Below, in pieces: positions 52,906 through 64,000 of a stretch of DNA of 64,000 nt (positions within the stretch are counted from its first letter, which is position 1; each line of letters begins with the position of its first letter). The stretch covers positions 24,490,001-24,554,000 of the forward strand of contig OZ024752.1 of the NCBI GenBank assembly GCA_964016885.1, written 5' to 3'. A program made the translations under genes and the position numbers. The stretch is from Eledone cirrhosa (lineage: Eukaryota). The notes beneath the pieces are model-generated. The model searched no databases. It was not told the DNA's origin and was given only the letters and a program-made list of their open reading frames with translations.

Positions 52906-53338
52906 GATATATATATATATATATCTGATATATATATATATATCTGATATATATATATATATATATATCTGATATATATATATATATATCTGATATATAT
53001 ATATATATATCTGATATATATATATATATATATCTGATATATATATATATATATATATATCTGATATATATATATATATATATATATATCATATATATAT
53101 ATCTGATATATATATGTATATATCTGATATATATATATATATATATATCTTATATATATATATATATCTTATATATATATATATATCTAATATATATATA
53201 TATATCTGATATATATATATATATCTGATATATATATATATATATATCTGATATATATATATATATATATATATCTGATATATATATATATATATCTGAT
53301 ATATATATATATATATATCTGATATATATATATATATA

Positions 53339-53374
<36 letters not shown>

Positions 53375-53450
53375 TATATATATATCTGATATATATATAT
53401 ATATATCTGATATATATATATATATATATATCTTATATATATATATATAT

Positions 53451-53493
<43 letters not shown>

Positions 53494-53509
53494 TATATAT
53501 ATATATCTC

Positions 53510-53541
<32 letters not shown>

Positions 53542-53762
53542 ATATATATCTCATATATATATATATATCTCATATATATATATATATATATCTGATATAT
53601 ATATATATATGTTTATATACATATATCTTATATATATATATATGTTTATATATATATCTTATATATATATATATATGTTTATATATATATATCTGATATA
53701 TATATACATGTTTATATATATATATCTGATATATATATATATATATGTTTATATATATATAT

Positions 53763-53886
<124 letters not shown>

Positions 53887-53949
53887 ATATATATATTTAT
53901 GTATATCTGATATATATATATATATATATCTGATATATATATATATATA

Positions 53950-54034
<85 letters not shown>

Positions 54035-54169
54035 TATATATATATATCTTATATGTATATATATATGTTTATATATATATCTTAAATATATTTATATATA
54101 TATGTTTATATATATATCTGATATATATATATATGTTTATATATATATATCTGATATATATATATATAT

Positions 54170-54203
<34 letters not shown>

Positions 54204-54293
54204 TATATATATATATCTGATATATATATATATCTGATATATATATATATATATATATATCATATATATATATCTGATATATATATATATATA

Positions 54294-54352
<59 letters not shown>

Positions 54353-54643
54353 TATATATATATATAACTTATATATATATATATATGTTTATATATATAT
54401 CTTATATATATATATATATATGTTTATATATATATCTGATATATATATATGTTTATATATATATATCTGATATATATATATATCTGATATATATATATGT
54501 TTATATATATATATCTGATATATATATATATATCTGATATATATATATCTTATATATATATATATGTTTATATATATATATCTGATATATATATATATAT
54601 ATATATATATGTTTATATATATATATCTGATATATATATATAT

Positions 54644-54682
<39 letters not shown>

Positions 54683-54775
54683 TATATATATATATCTTAT
54701 ATATATATATATGTTTATATATATATCTTATATATATATATGTTTATATATATATATCTGATATATATATATATA

Positions 54776-54817
<42 letters not shown>

Positions 54818-54898
54818 TTATATATATATCTTATATATATATATGTTTATATATATATCTTATATATATTTATATATATATGTTAATATATATATCTG

Positions 54899-54930
<32 letters not shown>

Positions 54931-54965
54931 CTGATAAATATATATATATGTTTATATATATATAT

Positions 54966-54998
<33 letters not shown>

Positions 54999-55111
54999 TA
55001 TATATATATCTGATATATATATATATATATCTGATATATATATATATATATATATCTTATATATATATATATATATCTTATATATATATATATATCTTAT
55101 ATATATATATA

Positions 55112-55205
<94 letters not shown>

Positions 55206-55432
55206 ATATATATATCTCATATATATATATATATCTCATATATATATATATATATATATCTGATAAATATATATATATGTTTATATACATATATCTTATA
55301 TATATATATATGTTTATATATATATCTTATATATATATATATATATGTTTATATATATATATCTGATATATATATATACATGTTTATATATATATATCTG
55401 ATATATATATATATATGTTTATATATATATAT

Positions 55433-55556
<124 letters not shown>

Positions 55557-55624
55557 GATATATATATATTTATATATATCTGATATATATATATATATAT
55601 ATCTGATATATATATATATATATA

Positions 55625-55717
<93 letters not shown>

Positions 55718-56104
55718 TATATATATATATCTTATATGTATATATATATGTTTATATATATATCTTAAATATATTTATATATATATGTTTATATATATAT
55801 CTGATATATATATATATGTTTATATATATATATCTGATATATATATATATATGTTTATATATATATATATATATATATATGATATATATATATCTGATAT
55901 ATATATATATATCTGATATATATCTATATATCTGATATATATGTATATATATATATCTGATATATATATATATATATCTTATATATATATATATATATAT
56001 CTGATATATATATATATCTGATATATATATATATATATATATATCTGATATATATATATATATATATATATCATATATATATATCTGATATATATATATA
56101 TATA

Positions 56105-56148
<44 letters not shown>

Positions 56149-56193
56149 TATATATATATATATATATCTTATATATATATATATATATATATA

Positions 56194-56265
<72 letters not shown>

Positions 56266-56358
56266 TTATATATATATATCTTATATATATATATGTTTAT
56301 ATATATATCTGATATATATATATATGTTTATATATATATATCTGATATATATATATAT

Positions 56359-56455
56359 GGGGTCTTACTGGTTCCTATTACCCACTCTACAACCTCAAGT
56401 ATTGAGTACTTTGGTGCGTTATGGTCCACCTGGTTCCTTACCACATTTCCTTCGT
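56359..56455. repeat. 97 bp unique island in (TA)n, duplicated at 58426-58522
   Basis: GGGGTCTTACTGGTTCCTATTACC...CATTTCCTTCGT occurs twice with one substitution seen (ACAACC vs ACTACC). Confidence 0.92.
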
Positions 56456-56504
56456 TATATATATATATATATATATATATCTGATATATATATATTCATA
56501 TATA

Positions 56505-56536
<32 letters not shown>

Positions 56537-56539
56537 CTG

Positions 56540-56573
<34 letters not shown>

Positions 56574-56612
56574 CTGATATATATATATATATCTGATATA
56601 TATATATATATA

Positions 56613-56659
<47 letters not shown>

Positions 56660-56806
56660 TATATATATATATCTTATATGTATATATATATGTTTATATA
56701 TATATCTTAAATATATTTATATATACATGTTTATATATATATCTGATATATATATGTTTATACATATATATCTGATATATATATATATGTGTTTATATAT
56801 ATATAT

Positions 56807-56855
<49 letters not shown>

Positions 56856-57031
56856 GATATATATATATATATATATATATATCTGATATATATATATATA
56901 TCTGATATATATATATATCTGATATATATATATATATATATATCTGATATATATATATCTCTGATATATATATATATATATGTTTATATATATATATGTT
57001 TATATATATATATCTGATATATATATATATA

Positions 57032-57100
<69 letters not shown>

Positions 57101-57170
57101 TATATATATATATCTTATATATATATATATATATATGTTTATATATATATCTTATATATATATATATCTG

Positions 57171-57202
<32 letters not shown>

Positions 57203-57203
57203 A

Positions 57204-57285
<82 letters not shown>

Positions 57286-57403
57286 TTATATATATATATC
57301 TTATATATATATATATATGTTTATATATATATCTGATATATATATATATGTTTATATATATATATCTGATATATATATATATATCTGATATATATATATA
57401 TCT

Positions 57404-57456
<53 letters not shown>

Positions 57457-57669
57457 ATATCTTATATATTTATATATATCTGATATATATATATACATAT
57501 ATATATCTGATATATATATATATATGTTTATATACATATATCTTATATATATATATATGTTTATATATATATCTTATATATATATATATATGTTTATATA
57601 TAAATATCTGATATATATACATGTTTATATATATATATCTGATATATATATATGTTTATATATATATAT

Positions 57670-57773
<104 letters not shown>

Positions 57774-57843
57774 GATATATATATATTTATATATATATCT
57801 GATATATATATATATATCTGATATATATATATTTATATATATA

Positions 57844-57906
<63 letters not shown>

Positions 57907-58305
57907 TATATATATATATCTTATATGTATATATATATGTTTATATATATATCTTAAATATATTTATATATATATGTTTATATATATATCTTAAATATAT
58001 TTATATATATATGTTTATATATATATCTGATATATATATATATGTTTATATATATATATCTGATATATATATATATATGTTTATATATATATATATATAT
58101 ATGATATATATATATATATATCTGATATATATATATATATCTGATATATATATATATATATCTGATATATATATATATATATATCTGATATATATATATA
58201 TCTGATATATATATATATATATATCATATATATATATCTGATATATATATATATATATCTGATATATATATATATATATATCTTATATATATATATATAT
58301 ATAAG

Positions 58306-58522
58306 GGGGTCTTACTGGTTCCTATATATGGGGTCTTACTGGTTCCTATATATGGGGTCTTACTGGTTCCTATATATGGGGTCTTACTGGTTCCTATATA
58401 TGGGGTCTTACTGGTTCCTATATATGGGGTCTTACTGGTTCCTATTACCCACTCTACTACCTCAAGTATTGAGTACTTTGGTGCGTTATGGTCCACCTGG
58501 TTCCTTACCACATTTCCTTCGT
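58306..58522. repeat. 24 bp minisatellite (GGGGTCTTACTGGTTCCTATATAT)x5 running into the second copy of the 97 bp island
   Basis: Units start at 58306, 58330, 58354, 58378, 58402; the sixth start (58426) continues as the island. Confidence 0.95.
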
Positions 58523-58634
58523 TATATATATATATAAATATATATATCTGATATATATATATTTATATATATCTGATATATATATATATATATATATATC
58601 TGATATATATATATATATCTGATATATATATATA

Positions 58635-58711
<77 letters not shown>

Positions 58712-58864
58712 TATATATATATATCTTATATGTATATATATATGTTTATATATATATCTTAAATATATTTATATATATATGTTTATATATATATCTGATA
58801 TATATATGTTTATACATATATATCTGATATATATATATATATATGTGTTTATATATATATATCT

Positions 58865-58973
<109 letters not shown>

Positions 58974-59199
58974 TATATATATATATATCTGATATATATA
59001 TATATCTGATATATATATATATCTGATATATATATATATATATCTGATATATATATATATATATATGTTTATATATATATCTGATATATATATATATATC
59101 TGAAATATATATATATATATATATATATGTTTATATATATATATCTTATATATATATATATATATGTTTATATATATATCTTATATATATATATATCTG

Positions 59200-59231
<32 letters not shown>

Positions 59232-59232
59232 A

Positions 59233-59286
<54 letters not shown>

Positions 59287-59435
59287 TTATATATATATAT
59301 CTTATATATATATATACATGTTTATATATATATCTGATATATATATATATGTTTATCTATATATATCTGATATATATATATATATCTGATATATATATAT
59401 ATCTTAAATATATATATATGTTTATATATATATAT

Positions 59436-59509
<74 letters not shown>

Positions 59510-59745
59510 TATATATATATATCTTATATATATATATATATGTTTATATATATATCTTATATATATATATGTTTATATATATATATCTGATATATATATA
59601 TATGTTTATATATATATATCTGATATATATATATATATATGTTTATATATATATATCTGATATATATATATATATCTGATATATATATATATATCTGATA
59701 TATATATATATATCTGATATATATATATATATATATATATATGTT

Positions 59746-59778
<33 letters not shown>

Positions 59779-60082
59779 GTTTATATATATATCTGATATA
59801 TATATATATGTTTATATATATATATCTGATAAATGTATATATATGTTTATATATATATATCTTATATATATATATATATATACATCTGATATATATATAT
59901 ATATATATCTGATATATATATATATATCTGATATATATATATATATCTGATATATATATATATCTGATATATATATATATATCTAATATATATATATATA
60001 TCTGATATATATATATCTGATATATATATATCTGATATATATATATATATATATATCTGATATATATATATATATATATATA

Positions 60083-60114
<32 letters not shown>

Positions 60115-60233
60115 CATATATATATATCTGATATATATATATATATATATATCTGATATATATATATATATATATATATCTTATATATATATATATATCT
60201 CATATATATATATATATATCTTATATATATATA

Positions 60234-60301
<68 letters not shown>

Positions 60302-60406
60302 ATATATATATCTCATATATATATATATATCTGATATATTTATATATCTGATATATATATATATATGTTTATATATATATATCTGATATATATATATATA
60401 TATCTG

Positions 60407-60440
<34 letters not shown>

Positions 60441-60487
60441 CTGATATATATATATATATATATCTGATATATATATATATATATATA

Positions 60488-60575
<88 letters not shown>

Positions 60576-60718
60576 ATATATGTTTATATATATATATCTT
60601 ATATGTATATATATATGTTTATATATATATATTAAATATATTTATATTTATATGTTTATATATATATCTGATATATATATATAGGTTTATATATATATAT
60701 CAGATATATATATATATA

Positions 60719-60755
<37 letters not shown>

Positions 60756-60770
60756 AGATATATATATATA

Positions 60771-60868
<98 letters not shown>

Positions 60869-60973
60869 ATCTCATATATACATATATATCTGATAAATAT
60901 ATATATATATATATATCTGATATATATATATATATATATGTTTATATATATATATCTGATATATATATATATA

Positions 60974-61038
<65 letters not shown>

Positions 61039-61053
61039 TATATATATATATCT

Positions 61054-61090
<37 letters not shown>

Positions 61091-61108
61091 TATATATATA
61101 TATATCTG

Positions 61109-61140
<32 letters not shown>

Positions 61141-61141
61141 A

Positions 61142-61205
<64 letters not shown>

Positions 61206-61330
61206 TATATATATATCTGATATATATATATATATATATATCTGATATATTTATATATCTGATATATATATATATATGTTTATATATATATATCTGATAT
61301 ATATATATATATATGTTTATATATATATAT

Positions 61331-61396
<66 letters not shown>

Positions 61397-61454
61397 CTAT
61401 ATATGGGGATGCCGTGGCTAATGATGCGTAAACACGCATTAAGGCTACGGCACC

Positions 61455-61654
61455 NNNNNNNNNNNNNNNNNNNNNNNNNNNNNNNNNNNNNNNNNNNNNN
61501 NNNNNNNNNNNNNNNNNNNNNNNNNNNNNNNNNNNNNNNNNNNNNNNNNNNNNNNNNNNNNNNNNNNNNNNNNNNNNNNNNNNNNNNNNNNNNNNNNNNN
61601 NNNNNNNNNNNNNNNNNNNNNNNNNNNNNNNNNNNNNNNNNNNNNNNNNNNNNN
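61455..61654. other. Assembly gap (200 N)
   Basis: Run of 200 N; the round size suggests a scaffolding placeholder, so distance and orientation across it are uncertain. Confidence 0.99.
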
Positions 61655-61757
61655 GATATATATATATGTATATATGTTTATATATATATATCTAATATAT
61701 ATATATAATATGTTTATATATATACATCTTATATATATATATGTTTATATATATATA

Positions 61758-61837
<80 letters not shown>

Positions 61838-61849
61838 TATATATATATA

Positions 61850-61956
<107 letters not shown>

Positions 61957-62077
61957 TATATATATATATCTTATATATAGTAATAATAATAAAATTGAAG
62001 ACTAAAATCCAAAGAGGGCTCGATAAGGATATATATATATCAAATATATAAGAACCGTAGAGCAAATATTTATTAAA

Positions 62078-62159
62078 TAACAGATTAAAGTTTAAGCAAA
62101 GAATCGCCTGCTTTCACCCTTTAACGGGATCTTCTGAAACTAACAAAGTCAATCTGTTA
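62078..62159 (-). ncRNA. Degenerate type I hammerhead ribozyme (core CAGAAGA, U4A) near the 3' end of the second PLE
   Basis: Minus strand: TAACAGATTGA-ctttgtt-AGTTT-CAGAAGA-tCCC(gttaaa)GGGt-GAAA-GCAGG(cgattc)TTTGC-TT-AAACT-TTAATCTGTTA. All three stems pair, but the core has one substitution. Confidence 0.6.
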
Positions 62160-63070
62160 ACGCAGAACTGGATATTTCAAAAACCGTTTCAACCGGAGGA
62201 AGACAGGAAGACGATACTTTGGTTCGTGGAACGTTCGCTGGCAAATAACCGGGAAAAACGAATAATACGTCATTAATAGGAGCGGTGAAAAACAATTACG
62301 CGCAAAGACAGAACCACGTTTATGGTATAAAAGAGGTCGTAGACTAATGTTCTCTTAGGTGGTACATAGAGACTGTCTCTGGCAATGAACGAAAAAACGA
62401 AGATAATAAGTCATATGTGGAGTGTGGAGAACAATAGCACGCAAAGACAAAACCACGTAAATGGTATAGCAGAAGTCGTAGACTAAAATTCTACCTAGGA
62501 GACCAAATGAATCTCCGCTACAGAGTTAAGAACAAAGTAAATAAATACAATACAGAAGTAATAGAAATAAATACGTACACTCAAACAAATACGTACATAC
62601 ACAAGCATACGCAAAACCTTACCATGGGTATACAAAACCAAGCACATATAAATATGTGTGTGTGTGTGTGTATGCTTGTGAACAAATAAATAAATAACTA
62701 TATAAACGTATATAAGTAAATAAATACGTATATAACAAGCGCACACACATACCTACATATAAATACACGAATGTTCGGAGACGTAAGTCAACTAAAACAA
62801 GAAGTACACGTATACACACACCCACCATACGTACGAACCTGCATACTCACGCAGACGCAAAACTCCCGTATACACATAGCCAAAACCCTAAATACCAGAA
62901 TATATAAAAATTATACGCCATAACAATCAAATATACGTACGAGAAGGTATACATACCTTCACAAAACATACGGGTAATATATACTTACCTATGCAAATAA
63001 GTAAAGGAATAAACAAAACAGATACTTAGCTCCCCACATCAAGACGTAAAATATCCACGTATAGATCGTA

Positions 63071-64000
63071 CTATCCGTTAGGGTATAACGTGGGGCTGTA
63101 ATACAGGAAAGTTTTGTGCAATTTGTTTACAAGCCGAAATTGCCTCAGATTTTTTGTTTAAGATGTGGTCTGTGGCGTAGAGTATTTCCAGGGCCTCAGC
63201 GGCGCAGAGGTCACATGGTCTTTTATTTCCGTTATACGATCTAGCCCTAGCTAGGATCTCCCAGTGTAACTTATATTGGGTGTGGTTGTCTTTTAGACTC
63301 CAGATGTAAGCTGAAAGTGACTTCATATTCCTTCTTAGAGGGTAACGAAAAGAATGGGTATGCATGTAAAGACGCTGCTTGAAACTATTGGCGGTTAACC
63401 CTATGTAGGCCCTACGGGACGTGGGTGTTACAACCTTACATTTGTAGACAATGTTACTAGAGAGGCATTTCCCGGATAGGGGGCAATCAGCCCGATTCCT
63501 ACAATTACAGTTAGTACTAACTACAGGGTTGCACGTGTTCCTACGGCTAGGTAGTTTAGCTAAATTTGAAGCTGTGATGTTATGTGCAAGGTTAGGAGTC
63601 GTAGAGTAAGAAATTTTAATAGTATTTCTATTAAAAATGTTACTATATTTATGTGTAGGGGAAAATGCTTTGTAATAAGGGAAAGAAAGATCTTAGCTAA
63701 TGGTGTGGCCATTTCCATATTATATGGTGGGTTAAACCAACAAATGCGACGGGATCTATTTCTTCTAGGTCTATTTTCGTACTCTGTATATGCTACCTTA
63801 TCGACAAATCCACTTCGAGCAAGAGCTTCATTGTAATAAGTGGAATGGTCGTTGAAAATGCGCTCGTTGGTGGAAAGACGGGAAAGCCTCAACGAAACGT
63901 TTCTTACCAGGTTCTTGGTTATGCTGGCAGGATGGTTGGAATGCTTACTTATGTAATTAAGCGTATCATTCGGCTTTCTATACGGGTAATACAACCCATT
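63071..64000 (-). pseudogene. PLE polyprotein C-terminal part (RT thumb, Cys linker, GIY-YIG) with two frameshifts
   Basis: YRKPND..YISKHSNHP..WFNPPYN; a frameshift in the G run at 63658-61 restores HKYSNIFNRNTIKISYS...CNCRNRADCPLSGKCL..IVYKCKV..AYIGLT, joining ORF 63078-63365 (CDLCAAE, ILNKKSE). A second shift near 63125 restores KLHKTFLYYSP...TAG (63071), paralleling KLRKTFKYYKP of the first PLE. Confidence 0.9.

Larger units (their letters stand above)
61979..64000 (-). mobile_element. Second Penelope-like retroelement, 3' portion (continues beyond window)
   Basis: RT-thumb/GIY-YIG coding remnant at 64000-63071, then a TG-rich 3' UTR, a ~139 bp-period direct repeat (~62298-62500), an HHR-like motif, and a junction with (TA)n at ~61979. 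Confidence 0.88.

Overview
AT-rich metazoan genomic DNA made entirely of repeats and mobile elements; no host gene is supportable. (1) 1-43178: a tandem array of a ~549 bp unit (79 copies counted, open to the left of the window). Each unit carries a type I hammerhead ribozyme (HHR) motif on the + strand with a palindromic stem III and an enlarged stem II, so the array resembles a massively amplified non-LTR retrozyme or ribozyme satellite. It shows higher-order repeat structure and mixes intact and cleavage-site-mutant units. (2) ~43700-49264: a decayed Penelope-like retroelement (PLE; RT + GIY-YIG) bounded by 397 bp direct repeats (pLTRs), each with an HHR of the same unusual architecture. 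(3) Two near-perfect palindromes containing other HHRs (43608-43701, 50182-50554). (4) ~12 kb of complex (TA)n sequence with small unique islands, one with a reiterated end, and a 200-N assembly gap. (5) 61979-64000: the 3' part of a second, frameshifted PLE on the minus strand with a degenerate HHR. All RNA folds were assigned by eye; no folding, alignment or database search was run.
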